Source: an uncultured Candidatus Saccharibacteria bacterium (GTDB lineage: Bacteria; Patescibacteriota; Minisyncoccia; Phycocordibacterales; UBA9973). From it: a DNA stretch of 64,000 nucleotides. The stretch is from the NCBI GenBank assembly GCA_964450735.1, contig CAYVDC010000001.1, positions 69,577 to 133,576 of the forward strand, written 5' to 3'. Within the stretch, counting starts at the first letter, position 1. Every line of letters begins with the position of its first letter. The notes beneath the pieces are model-generated. The model was not told the DNA's origin. It ran no database searches and saw nothing but the letters and a program-made list of their open reading frames with translations. The position numbers and the translations under genes were made by a program. Positions 37,069 through 46,947 of this stretch are shown here, piece by piece.

Positions 37069-37081
37069 TATTTATATTAAA
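37069..37081 (+). promoter_or_regulatory. Variant late-promoter-like motif TATTTATATTAAA abutting ATG 37082
   Basis: One substitution from the consensus. Confidence 0.35.
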
Positions 37082-37306
37082 ATGTCTCTAATAACACTTT
37101 TAAAATCAGGAAAATCGCCATTTAGTTATAATGGGAACACACCACCACCATATATGGGTGGAAGCAAAGATAGCAAGCTACATAACACCTATTCAATCAA
37201 TGGTACACCTAATTTAGCGGGCTATCCTAAACCTTCTATATTAGATACGAATGGTGTAACACCACCTAAATATAAAAATCCAGAAACAGGACAAACCTAT
37301 CCTTAA
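37082..37306 (+). CDS. Hypothetical Pro-rich small protein
   Basis: 74 aa, with the stop overlapping the next start (TAATG). Confidence 0.4.
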   Translation: MSLITLLKSGKSPFSYNGNTPPPYMGGSKDSKLHNTYSINGTPNLAGYPKPSILDTNGVTPPKYKNPETGQTYP

Positions 37307-39021
37307 TGGGAATTTTAAAATTAAAAACTACACTTACCGATATTCCTTATGGGAATGATAGAGCAGGTGGTGGTTCTTCACACGAACCTTATATTAAATC
37401 CACCAATTCTAACACCTTAATCACCACTCCAAACGAAACGGTGAGAGGTGGGGCTATTATTAGAACCAAACGAATAGCAGAGGATGTAGAAAGAATTAGT
37501 AAATTTCTTGTTGATTTTCCAAAAGGAGAAGTGTTTATTGCTAAACAAATTGCTCTCCAAAGAACCAATCCTAAATTAGAATCCATTAACATGTCAGATG
37601 TTGGAGGAAGACTTGGATTGGAATTAGATAGACTTGGTTGGGAGGAAAGCAGAACATATAGTCCTACAAGTTTATTAGCACAACTTGGTTCTAATCTATT
37701 AGAAATTCATTTGAAGAGACATGGACTTAATCCATTTTCAAGTGTAAACAGTAGTTATGAAAAGAAAAAGAGACTTGAAGTTGAAAGTAATAATAGTGAC
37801 ACCAATCGTCTTGTTTCTCTTTTTAATAATTTAATTGTTAAAAATAAAGAAGAAAACGTTATTTCAACGTATAATGGTGGGGCAGGTTCTACATTTGGTA
37901 TTGGGAAAACTGTTATCAAAAGAACAGAATTTACTAATTTACAATCTTCTGAAAACACTCTTTCTTATGATATTATTTCTAAAAAAGAAAAGAATATTTC
38001 CCACCAAATTGATGAAAACTTTACTTCCACCACCGATTATGGATTGTATAATATTGAGAAAAGAATCAATTTAAACAATCCTGCTGACCCCTCATTAGAT
38101 AGGAAAGATGTTGGAAATAAAAGTGAAAAAACAGTTGATTTAATAAATAAATTGACGGTTTTCTATGCAAATGATATTGTCAATCCTGATAAGAATAAAT
38201 CTGTTTTCATTCATCCTGTAAAGGAAATTCCATTACATCCTGAAAGTGGAGAACTTTCTAAATTAACGCGGGATTTAATTAAATTTAGAATTGAGGTGAT
38301 GGACTTGGATAATCCTAATTTTAGCTATTATATTGTGATGAGAGCTAATATAACAGGATTGCAAGATGGGTATTCAAATGCCACTGAAAATATTTCATAT
38401 AATGGTAGGGGAGATGATTTATATTTATACGCAGGTGGATTTAAACGGGAAGTGAATTTTACATTTCTCTCTGTTCCTCAATCAAGAGGGGAGATGAAAT
38501 CAATTTATCAAAAATTAAACTATCTCACATCTGTATTAGCTCCTAATTATAAAAATCAACAAATGAGGGGAAATATCGTAAAACTTACAGTGGGGGATTA
38601 CATTTATAGACAACCTGCTGTTATAAAAGGATTGACATTAGCCCCTATTCCTGATTCAACATGGGAAATCGCTATGGATGACCCTGAAAATGGAGTGGAT
38701 AGTGAAATGTATGAACTTCCTCATGTGATAGAAGGGAATATTTCTTTCCAAATGATTCACAACTTTCTTCCTCAAACATCATTACACAAGTCCGGATTTG
38801 TTATTCCAATAAATGATAGTAAGAAATGGTTGGATGAAATTAAAGACCTTCCGAATAAAAAGATAGAAAAGGTGGACAATAAAAAGGGAAATGATGGACT
38901 TGAAGAAAATTTAAAACAAAGAGATAAAGATGCCCTTAAAAGAAACATCAACACCACCTCAATAGTTAATTCTAATAGTTATGCTAATTTCAACAAGAAA
39001 CCGATAGTGTTAAATGGATAA
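37306..39021 (+). CDS. Baseplate/tail hub candidate protein
   Basis: A 571-aa ORF immediately after the tape-measure gene, where contractile-tail phages place hub components. No specific motif was recognised. Confidence 0.4.
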   Translation: MGILKLKTTLTDIPYGNDRAGGGSSHEPYIKSTNSNTLITTPNETVRGGAIIRTKRIAEDVERISKFLVDFPKGEVFIAKQIALQRTNPKLESINMSDVGGRLGLELDRLGWEESRTYSPTSLLAQLGSNLLEIHLKRHGLNPFSSVNSSYEKKKRLEVESNNSDTNRLVSLFNNLIVKNKEENVISTYNGGAGSTFGIGKTVIKRTEFTNLQSSENTLSYDIISKKEKNISHQIDENFTSTTDYGLYNIEKRINLNNPADPSLDRKDVGNKSEKTVDLINKLTVFYANDIVNPDKNKSVFIHPVKEIPLHPESGELSKLTRDLIKFRIEVMDLDNPNFSYYIVMRANITGLQDGYSNATENISYNGRGDDLYLYAGGFKREVNFTFLSVPQSRGEMKSIYQKLNYLTSVLAPNYKNQQMRGNIVKLTVGDYIYRQPAVIKGLTLAPIPDSTWEIAMDDPENGVDSEMYELPHVIEGNISFQMIHNFLPQTSLHKSGFVIPINDSKKWLDEIKDLPNKKIEKVDNKKGNDGLEENLKQRDKDALKRNINTTSIVNSNSYANFNKKPIVLNG

Positions 39022-39319
39022 TTATTCAAATAGTAAGATATTAAAAACATCGGAGGGTAGGAGATATTATTCTACCCTTTTCTATCCTGAATTGATGGAT
39101 GGGGATGATAATTACTATGTCATCACTGAAAACGGGGATAGATTGGATAAGATGGCATATCAATTTTATAATGACGTTTCGTTATGGAGAATCATCGCTG
39201 CTAATAATCCACATATAAGAAAAGATAGACTCGCATTAGACGCAGGTATTCAATTGAAAATACCCATTGATGCTACAAGATATATAGATGAATTGAGATT
39301 TCTTAATAACAAACGATGA
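39014..39319 (+). CDS. LysM-like tail protein (P2 gpX-like)
   Basis: YYVITENGDRLDKMAYQFYNDVSLWRIIAANNPHIRKDRLALDAGIQLKIP fits the LysM pattern (Y.V..GDtL..IA..y......I...N......L..Gq.L.IP). Confidence 0.5.
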   Translation: MDNYSNSKILKTSEGRRYYSTLFYPELMDGDDNYYVITENGDRLDKMAYQFYNDVSLWRIIAANNPHIRKDRLALDAGIQLKIPIDATRYIDELRFLNNKR

Positions 39320-42015
39320 GTATATTTAAAAAGACATTTCATAAATTTGTTCAAAAACAAATAAAGCTACGCGAATCTATTTTTGGTGGAAGAGATAACC
39401 ATGATGATAATGCTATGGTTTATATGAACTCTAAAACAGCATGGGTGAGACTCACATCATCAGTTGATATTAAGAGTGAAAGATTGGCTAAATTATTAAA
39501 TGTATCTGTTGGGAACGAATTAGCTAAGAAGTTTGTATTACAATCGGGAACACTTCATTATAATAAGGACAAAAACACTTACGCACTTAGGTATGGGCTT
39601 GGTGATGGAGGTGGAGCTTACGGAGATAGTGAAATATATAGTAGAAATGAATTTGGACTAAGACCCATGCCCGGAATAACAGAGGTTTCTGTTCAATCAC
39701 AAGGGGCTTATGGTTCACTTAGAACTGCCACTGTTAATTTTAAATGTTGGACTAAGCAAGAATTGGATGCACTTGAATTATTGTATATGAGAAATGGATA
39801 TACAATGTTATTGGAATTCGGTTGGAGTTTATATTATGATAATGGAGGAAAATTAATAAACACTCCCTCCTATTATAACATTTTAGATAGTAAATTAGAA
39901 AAAGAACAAATATTCAATGATTTATATTCGGTGGCGGAAGAATATGTTGATGAAAAAGGAACTGTTGGAAGGGTGGAGAAGAGTTCAGGGAATTACGATG
40001 CACTCTTTGGATATGTAAAGAACTTTTCTCATAAGAGAAATTCATTTAATGGATACGATTGTTCTGTTGAAATTGTTACTATTGGGGAAGTTTTAAATTC
40101 TTTAAAGATAAATTATACATCAAAAGATACTCCTGAAAGAATAACTAATAACGGAGATATTTCATATGAATCTAAAAAATCATTCTATTCTTCCAAGTTA
40201 GTTGGTATATTAGATTATATTAAGAAACAAGAAAAGGATATACATGCCATTACATATATTAGTAGAGTAAATGATGGTAACGCCCCTCTCTACACATATT
40301 CAGATATTATAAAATTTAATTCTAATACAAATGATTCTTTTCAAACATTCATTAGAATAAAAGACTTGGTTAAAATATTGAATGAAAAGATATTACTATC
40401 AGATGGGGGTGGAAAACCGTTTGTTAAATTATCAACCAGAAGCGGAACTAAAAAAGGACAATTTCCATCTACTGAACAAATTAGTCCAAATTTATGTTAT
40501 GCTCATTATTTACAATTTTCAACAAATCCTTCCGTCTGTTTAATAAAACCATGTGATAATAAAAATCTTCTACCCGAATATTTGAAATATAAATTTTTAA
40601 ATGAAGATGTTTCGTTTTTAGAAATTGATAATAGTGAATATCATTATTTCCAATCCGACACTTATAGAAGGGGAGTGATAGAGAATATTTTTGTCAATAT
40701 CGACTTTATAAAGAAATGTTTGAAGTCTTCTGAAAAGAATAATACGGTGATGTTGGATGATTTTTTGAGAACTATGTTAAAGGGAATTCAAGAATCATTG
40801 GGGAATATAAATAATTTTGATTTAATTGTTGAACATAATACAGGAACGATTCAAATTGTTGATTTGAAATATTTAGAAGATGATAAATTCAATATTGAAA
40901 ATGATAGATTTGTTATAAATGTTTCGGGACTTTCTTCTATTGTTAGAGAAATGTCATTAGAATCTTCAATCTTTCCAAATCAATCCTCAATTATAAGCAT
41001 AGCCGCTTCCAATTTAAAAACATCAGGAGAAACAGGTGTTAATACAATGATGTTTGACACGATGAATGTTGGACTTGCAGATAGAATAATTCCTAATAAA
41101 TTAGAACCAAGTGTTTCAAAAAATAATAACAACGATGAAAATATAACACAAGTGGCGGCTAACATAGGACTATCCTCTGTAACAGCTTTGAGAGATTATG
41201 TCAGTAAATTGAACTCAAATTCTCCTTTCATTGTTGAAGAACTACCGCCAACAGAAGCATTAAATAATTTAATTTCATATGAAATAACATTACAAGATAG
41301 AATAAATGGAATAAAACATTATGCTTCTAAAGCAATTCTTCCATTAGTTCTTTCACTCACAGTGGAAGGAATAGCGGGGATTCAAATTGGTCAAATATTT
41401 AGACTTCCTATTTCTGAACTTCCTCTTTCATTTCAAGATTTTGAAAATTCATCATTTAAAACAGGATTCATCGTAACAAGAGTGGGGTCTCATATAAGAG
41501 GAAATGATTGGACTACTACCATTGAAGCACAAACTTGCATATTAGATGATTTTGAAAGAAAACCATCAAAGAAACAAAAAGTGGACAGAGCTATTATATT
41601 TGATTATGTTTCAGATTTAGAAGCGCAAACATCAAGTGGACAACTTTCTGAGCAATATCATCAGCAACAGCAGCTAATAGATGCTAATTCAGGGGCAGTG
41701 AATCTTAATTCAGTTCAATATCGAGAACAATTTGAAATAATTCAAAAATATATTGAGAGTATTAAGTTGTCTAATTCAACAATAGATAGTGCTGATGTGA
41801 CAGAATTTGTCACTTATTTGAATTCTCTTTCAAGAGATGAATATATTGGAATAAGCGAATACATTCAAAAAACAACAAGAAGAGCCACTTTGAAAGAATA
41901 CATCGGAATTGAAATAAATAATGATGTAAATTTAAAATGGAAGTTGGAATTTATAAAAACATCAGGTAACTTTGTAGCCACAAGAGAATATTTTGTCAGA
42001 GCAATAACAAAATAA
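39316..42015 (+). CDS. Large baseplate protein candidate (899 aa)
   Basis: Its position after the hub and LysM genes supports this call. No specific motif was recognised. Confidence 0.4.
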   Translation: MSIFKKTFHKFVQKQIKLRESIFGGRDNHDDNAMVYMNSKTAWVRLTSSVDIKSERLAKLLNVSVGNELAKKFVLQSGTLHYNKDKNTYALRYGLGDGGGAYGDSEIYSRNEFGLRPMPGITEVSVQSQGAYGSLRTATVNFKCWTKQELDALELLYMRNGYTMLLEFGWSLYYDNGGKLINTPSYYNILDSKLEKEQIFNDLYSVAEEYVDEKGTVGRVEKSSGNYDALFGYVKNFSHKRNSFNGYDCSVEIVTIGEVLNSLKINYTSKDTPERITNNGDISYESKKSFYSSKLVGILDYIKKQEKDIHAITYISRVNDGNAPLYTYSDIIKFNSNTNDSFQTFIRIKDLVKILNEKILLSDGGGKPFVKLSTRSGTKKGQFPSTEQISPNLCYAHYLQFSTNPSVCLIKPCDNKNLLPEYLKYKFLNEDVSFLEIDNSEYHYFQSDTYRRGVIENIFVNIDFIKKCLKSSEKNNTVMLDDFLRTMLKGIQESLGNINNFDLIVEHNTGTIQIVDLKYLEDDKFNIENDRFVINVSGLSSIVREMSLESSIFPNQSSIISIAASNLKTSGETGVNTMMFDTMNVGLADRIIPNKLEPSVSKNNNNDENITQVAANIGLSSVTALRDYVSKLNSNSPFIVEELPPTEALNNLISYEITLQDRINGIKHYASKAILPLVLSLTVEGIAGIQIGQIFRLPISELPLSFQDFENSSFKTGFIVTRVGSHIRGNDWTTTIEAQTCILDDFERKPSKKQKVDRAIIFDYVSDLEAQTSSGQLSEQYHQQQQLIDANSGAVNLNSVQYREQFEIIQKYIESIKLSNSTIDSADVTEFVTYLNSLSRDEYIGISEYIQKTTRRATLKEYIGIEINNDVNLKWKLEFIKTSGNFVATREYFVRAITK

Positions 42016-42341
42016 TGCAAGAGAAAATCACCCATGACATTCCTTCCTATTTTCCAATGCCTAATGAGAGAGATTATAAATTAGGAAAGATGGATAGATG
42101 GTTTTGTATAAAAAACAATATAATTCCTTCAATAATAAAAGAAATAAATGGAGAAGATTTTGAAGAATTGAACAATAAAACAGAAAAGTTTTCGTTTTCA
42201 TTGTACACGTGGTTTAAAATAGAATGGATAATTTCCAACGTTCCAAAGGAATATGCCATTAAAAGAAATTCATTGCAATTCATTTCCCATCCTGAAATAA
42301 AAACAATTATACATTCACCACTACAATTTTTTAAAAATTAA
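42015..42341 (+). CDS. Hypothetical protein
   Basis: A 108-aa ORF. Confidence 0.4.
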   Translation: MQEKITHDIPSYFPMPNERDYKLGKMDRWFCIKNNIIPSIIKEINGEDFEELNNKTEKFSFSLYTWFKIEWIISNVPKEYAIKRNSLQFISHPEIKTIIHSPLQFFKN

Positions 42342-42343
42342 AA

Positions 42344-43588
42344 ATGGTAGATACAATAGAGGTTTTAAATGGTTTAGAAATAAACTATAAAGAATTTTAT
42401 TATATTAAATTAATAGTTTCTAACGATAGATTTCACCCTTCACTACTAACCAATGAGGATAATCTACTTGCTATATATCTTTATAATGTTAAGGATAAAA
42501 CCTCGAAAGTGATAAATATTTGTCACAGAGACTATCTTCCTATTGACATTGATGCTGTTGAAATATTTCTTTCTAAGTTTAAAAACTTAATAACGGAGGA
42601 TAGAAAATATATAAAATATTTTTTAAACATAGACGTTAAATCTCTTAGACATTATAACAAAGATTTTGATATTGAATATAGATTTGACTATTCTAATTAC
42701 AAAAGAATCAATCAAAGAATCTCTCTTTCTAAAATAAAAGAGTGTATTGATAGAAGTGTTAGTAAAATTAATTTTGATTTTGTTTATGGAAAATATTATT
42801 CTTTTTACGATGGATTAGAAGATATTTTGTTTGAATTAGAAAAAACTCCCATTAAAATAAACAAAGAGATGATTGGAACTCATTTCAAACACACCTTGTT
42901 TAATGTAGAGGGAGAATATTTACATCAATATCACACTTTAAATAGATACCGTCCGTCAAATAGTTTTAATAACATTAACTTATACGCTTTAAATAAACAC
43001 ACAGATGTCAGAAAATGTATTATTCCTGAGAATGATGTATTGATTAATTTAGATTACAAGGCATGTCACATCTCTTTATTGTTCAATTTATTGAAAACAG
43101 AGCTAAGAGGAGATGTATATGAACTCCTTTCGGAAGAATTATATGGAACGAGAAACAGAAGAGAAGACATTAAATCAATAATATTTAAAATATTTTTTTC
43201 AGAAGACTTGTATTTCTCAGAAAAAAGTGGTTACTTTGAAGATATTTTGAATTTCAAGAAAAAATTGATTTCCGAAATAGATTCTAATTCAGTTTATTTA
43301 CCAATAGTTAATGAAGAAGTAGATTTTTTAACAAAAGTTTCTGATTATTTTCAATTATACGAAACGCTTAACAATGTTTCAAAAATGAAGGAAGTGTTGT
43401 CTTATATCAAAGGGTATAAAACTAAACTAATCATGTACACTTACGATTCATTTTTGTTTGATTTTGATAAATCGGAGTTGTTTCTTGTGAAAGGGATAAA
43501 AGATATTTTGGAAGAAATGAACTTAAAAGTTTCATTGAGTGTTGGATATAATTACTTGGAATTAACACCATACACTAAAAACCCATAA
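42344..43588 (+). CDS. Hypothetical protein with faint family-A DNA polymerase palm motifs
   Basis: LINLDYKACHISLL resembles motif A (DYSQIELR); RNRREDIKSIIFKIFF resembles motif B (RRxxKxxNFGxxYG); IMYTYDSFLFDF resembles motif C (VHDE). They occur in that order at roughly PolA spacing. This is weak and needs profile searches. Confidence 0.3.
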   Translation: MVDTIEVLNGLEINYKEFYYIKLIVSNDRFHPSLLTNEDNLLAIYLYNVKDKTSKVINICHRDYLPIDIDAVEIFLSKFKNLITEDRKYIKYFLNIDVKSLRHYNKDFDIEYRFDYSNYKRINQRISLSKIKECIDRSVSKINFDFVYGKYYSFYDGLEDILFELEKTPIKINKEMIGTHFKHTLFNVEGEYLHQYHTLNRYRPSNSFNNINLYALNKHTDVRKCIIPENDVLINLDYKACHISLLFNLLKTELRGDVYELLSEELYGTRNRREDIKSIIFKIFFSEDLYFSEKSGYFEDILNFKKKLISEIDSNSVYLPIVNEEVDFLTKVSDYFQLYETLNNVSKMKEVLSYIKGYKTKLIMYTYDSFLFDFDKSELFLVKGIKDILEEMNLKVSLSVGYNYLELTPYTKNP

Positions 43589-43592
43589 AAAA

Positions 43593-43985
43593 GTGATTTA
43601 TGATTTTGAATCAAATTATAATGGCATGAACAAATTGTTCTGTACATTTTCTACCCCCGAATTATTAGATGATACAATTGAGAGTTTAAGAAATAAATAT
43701 GACATATTATATAAGAAAATATTCGTCTTTAGTTCAGATAATACAAAAGACTATATTTGTAGTTATAATATTGAATATGGAAATATTCATAAACTTCTCC
43801 CATTTACCATTTCGGTTCATAGAAAAAAGAAATTTAACACCATCTACACTATCAATGCCCTAAATCTAATTACAAAAAACGATTCAGATATTGAATGGGA
43901 CATCTATTCTAATTCAATATTGCTAACACAGAAGAATATTTTAAAAGTTCTTCCAACAAAAATAGAAAAAATAGTTCAACTTTAA
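43593..43985 (+). CDS. Hypothetical protein
   Basis: A 130-aa ORF just upstream of gp32. Confidence 0.4.
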   Translation: MIYDFESNYNGMNKLFCTFSTPELLDDTIESLRNKYDILYKKIFVFSSDNTKDYICSYNIEYGNIHKLLPFTISVHRKKKFNTIYTINALNLITKNDSDIEWDIYSNSILLTQKNILKVLPTKIEKIVQL

Positions 43986-43997
43986 ACCCCAAATAGC

Positions 43998-44834
43998 ATG
44001 ATTTCGTTAGAAAAACTGCAAGCAAAACTTGACAAATTTCAGTCAAAGAAAAAGAACACGGATTATGTCTCTATCAAAGACCATTTATGGAAGCCTTCAC
44101 GTGAGGGAAAGTTTAAAATCCGCCTACTCCCCAATAAATTTGATGAAGAAGTACCTATTATGAATCTACAATTTCATGGTGATTGGACTCGATATGGTAC
44201 ATTGACATTAAATAATTTTGGCGAGGAAGACCCCGTTCTCCAATATCGTCGTGAAAATTATAAGGAACTTTCAGAAAGTATCGAGAAGAAACTTCGTCCT
44301 AAAAATGAGTTTTATGCTTATGTGTTAGATAGAAGTGATGATACTAATACGCCAAAGATTTGGAGAATGTCTAAATCTACGGCTGAAATGCTTTCTAAAC
44401 TTTTTGTCGATGAGGATGGAGACCTAATCAATTACGTTGACCCCGAAAAAGGATATGATTTGGTGGTGGATGTGGTGGAAGAGGAGAATAAACTCCATAT
44501 GAGTGATAAGAAAGTTCCTGCCACTTATATGAAAGTGTCAAATATTACACTCACCACTAAAGGTTCAACCCCTATTGCCAAAACTCCTTCGGAGATAAGC
44601 AGGATTTTGGATGCCGAAATTGATATTTTCAGTTTTTACACTAAATATTCGTTTGAAGATTTACATGGATTTTTAGGAAAATTCATTACAAATCTATCTG
44701 ACGATGAGGATGAAGTGGATGAAAATGGAAAATTTCAAAAACCAACTGCCACTACAACCAAAACACCGTCTAAAACCACTGATATTTTCGCTGAGTTGGA
44801 CGAAGAGTTAGAGGCTGATAAATTACCGTTCTAA
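43998..44834 (+). CDS. gp32: Single-stranded DNA-binding protein, T4 gp32-like
   Basis: GKFKIRLLPNKFDEEVPIMNLQFHGDW aligns with T4 gp32 [27 protein letters not shown]. The acidic C-terminal tail DIFAELDEELEADKLPF matches the gp32 interaction tail. Confidence 0.85.
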   Translation: MISLEKLQAKLDKFQSKKKNTDYVSIKDHLWKPSREGKFKIRLLPNKFDEEVPIMNLQFHGDWTRYGTLTLNNFGEEDPVLQYRRENYKELSESIEKKLRPKNEFYAYVLDRSDDTNTPKIWRMSKSTAEMLSKLFVDEDGDLINYVDPEKGYDLVVDVVEEENKLHMSDKKVPATYMKVSNITLTTKGSTPIAKTPSEISRILDAEIDIFSFYTKYSFEDLHGFLGKFITNLSDDEDEVDENGKFQKPTATTTKTPSKTTDIFAELDEELEADKLPF

Positions 44835-44839
44835 TAATT

Positions 44840-44872
44840 TGGTGCGCTTAGAAGCCAAATTTGAGCGCACCA
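44840..44872 (+). promoter_or_regulatory. GC-rich hairpin between gp32 and the recombinase gene
   Basis: tGGTGCGCT-15 nt-AGCGCACCa is a 9-bp perfect stem in otherwise AT-rich DNA, with no T-run after it. Confidence 0.5.
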
Positions 44873-44887
44873 CAACCCTTCTACATA

Positions 44888-45934
44888 ATGGCTAAAAAAA
44901 TATCAATAGGTGGTGCTGTTTCATCGGCAATTAACACTAAAGATTTTAATTTACATGAATATAAAAAGAGTAATAATTTAGTAACAAATACTAAATTTAA
45001 ACCTCAAACTTACATCCCTGTTAGTAAAGCATTTACAGATGCCATCTCTGTTGATGGAATTCCTATGGGACAAATTACCATTTTGAGGGGACAATCTGAT
45101 ACAGGGAAGACAAGTGCATTACTTGAAACAGCTATTTCGTGCCAAAAAAATGGAATACTTCCCGTTTTAATTGTCACTGAAATGAAATGGAGTTGGGAAC
45201 ACGCTATTACAATGGGATTGGATGTGACAGAACATTTTGATGATGATGGAGTTGCTTATTACGATGGGTTTTTTGTCTATGTTGATAGGAGTAGTTTAAA
45301 TACAATTGAAGACGTTGCTGCATTTATTAACAATAGATTAAAGGAGCAAAGAGAAGGGAAACTTCCATATTCATTATGTTTTCTTTGGGACAGTATTGGT
45401 TCAATTCCATGTAGGCTTTCTGTTGAATCTAATAATAATAATAACGAATGGAATGCAGGAGCAATGTCCGCCCAATTTAAAAATCACATCAATCAACAAA
45501 TTATTCTCTCTCGTAAAGAGGGCTATCCATACATTAATACATTGGTTTGCACTAATAAAATTTGGGTTCAAAAAGGAATGACTTATGGTGAACAGCCTAA
45601 ATTGAAAAATGCAGGGGGAGAATCTATGTTTTCTGATGCGGCATTGGTCATAACTTTTGGTAATGTTATGTCTTCGGGTACATCAAAAATCAAAGCTACT
45701 AAAAATGGCAGAGAAATTGAATTTGCCAAGAGAACTAAAATCAGTGTTGATAAAAATCACATCACAGGTATTACAACATCAGGTAGAATTATTGCCACTT
45801 CTCATGGATTTATTGCTGACGAAAAGAAAGATATTGACCGATATAAAAAGGAATATAGTTCTACGTGGGCTAAACAATTAGGGAGTGATGATTTTGACAT
45901 CGTAGAAGAAGACTACACATCAGATGACGAATAG
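44888..45934 (+). CDS. uvsX: RecA-family recombinase, UvsX-like
   Basis: Walker A GQSDTGKTS; Walker B-like CFLWDSIGSI (T4 UvsX has VVFIDSLGNL). Its position before rnh and the gp41 helicase echoes the T4 uvsX-40-41 order. The listed ORF began at TTG 44861; ATG 44888 (MAKKISIGG) is preferred. Confidence 0.6.
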   Translation: MAKKISIGGAVSSAINTKDFNLHEYKKSNNLVTNTKFKPQTYIPVSKAFTDAISVDGIPMGQITILRGQSDTGKTSALLETAISCQKNGILPVLIVTEMKWSWEHAITMGLDVTEHFDDDGVAYYDGFFVYVDRSSLNTIEDVAAFINNRLKEQREGKLPYSLCFLWDSIGSIPCRLSVESNNNNNEWNAGAMSAQFKNHINQQIILSRKEGYPYINTLVCTNKIWVQKGMTYGEQPKLKNAGGESMFSDAALVITFGNVMSSGTSKIKATKNGREIEFAKRTKISVDKNHITGITTSGRIIATSHGFIADEKKDIDRYKKEYSSTWAKQLGSDDFDIVEEDYTSDDE

Positions 45935-46940
45935 AGAATATTTATTAAGCAGACTTCAAGGAATTGAAAATAAGAAAAACCGACCAGAATCTAAGAAATT
46001 ATTGGTGGTAGATGGCACTAATGCTTTTATTAGAAGTTTTAGTGTTAATAAAACAATGAATCCAAGAGGAAAACATGTTGGAGGATTGGTTGGATTCTTA
46101 TTTTCTCTTTCTTCTGCTATTAAAGCCACCAATCCCACGAAAGTTGTTATTGTTTTTGATGGAGATTCCAATTCAGAAAAACGAAAAAACATCTATCCTG
46201 ATTACAAATCTAATAGAGTTGGGGGGAGACAAACCAATTATGGAATGTTTTCTTCATTAGATGAACAAGAAGATTCTGAAACCTATCAAATCGTAAGACT
46301 TATCGAATATTTAAAATGTCTTCCTGTTGCATTATTATCAGTTGATATGGTGGAGGGGGATGATGTGATTGGATATATTTGTAAAACTTACAGGGAACAT
46401 TATGAAAGGATAGTGGTATGTTCTACTGATAAGGATTTTGTGCAATTGATTAATGAAAATACATTTGTTTATAATCCAAAAACAAAGGATTTTATTGGAA
46501 ATCATAAAGCATTTAATTTATATGGAATCTATCCAAGTAATTGGATTCTTTATCGAGCGATTTGTGGGGATAAGTCCGACAATATTCCTAACGTTAGTGG
46601 AATTCAAATAGGAACTTTGAAAAAACTGTTTCCTCATTTTGAATATGAAGATAAAATTGAATTAGAAGACCTTCTTTCTTTCATAGAAGAAAATAATGTA
46701 AAGGGGAAGAAGATAAATTTGTTTTTATCACAGCAATTCCAAATAAAAATTAATCAAAAGTTAATTAATTTAGACAATGATTTTCTTCTTCCCGAAGAAC
46801 AAGAATTGATTAGAAATGTTGTTCAACAGGAAAATGTTTCTAATATAGGGAAACTTATTACATTATGTCAGCATGATTTGTTGGGGGATATTATTAGAGA
46901 CCCACATAGTTTTTTCACCAAGTTTCAATATCTAAAATAA
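45924..46940 (+). CDS. rnh: RNase H / 5'-3' flap endonuclease (T4 rnh-like)
   Basis: LLVVDGTNAFIRS (T4 has ICLIDFSQIAL); VVIVFDGDSN (T4 has IVLCIDNAKS); GDKSDNIPNVSGIQIGT (T4 has KGDKKDNVASV). These are FEN-family acidic clusters. Confidence 0.8.
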   Translation: MTNREYLLSRLQGIENKKNRPESKKLLVVDGTNAFIRSFSVNKTMNPRGKHVGGLVGFLFSLSSAIKATNPTKVVIVFDGDSNSEKRKNIYPDYKSNRVGGRQTNYGMFSSLDEQEDSETYQIVRLIEYLKCLPVALLSVDMVEGDDVIGYICKTYREHYERIVVCSTDKDFVQLINENTFVYNPKTKDFIGNHKAFNLYGIYPSNWILYRAICGDKSDNIPNVSGIQIGTLKKLFPHFEYEDKIELEDLLSFIEENNVKGKKINLFLSQQFQIKINQKLINLDNDFLLPEEQELIRNVVQQENVSNIGKLITLCQHDLLGDIIRDPHSFFTKFQYLK

Positions 46941-46947
46941 AAAAATT

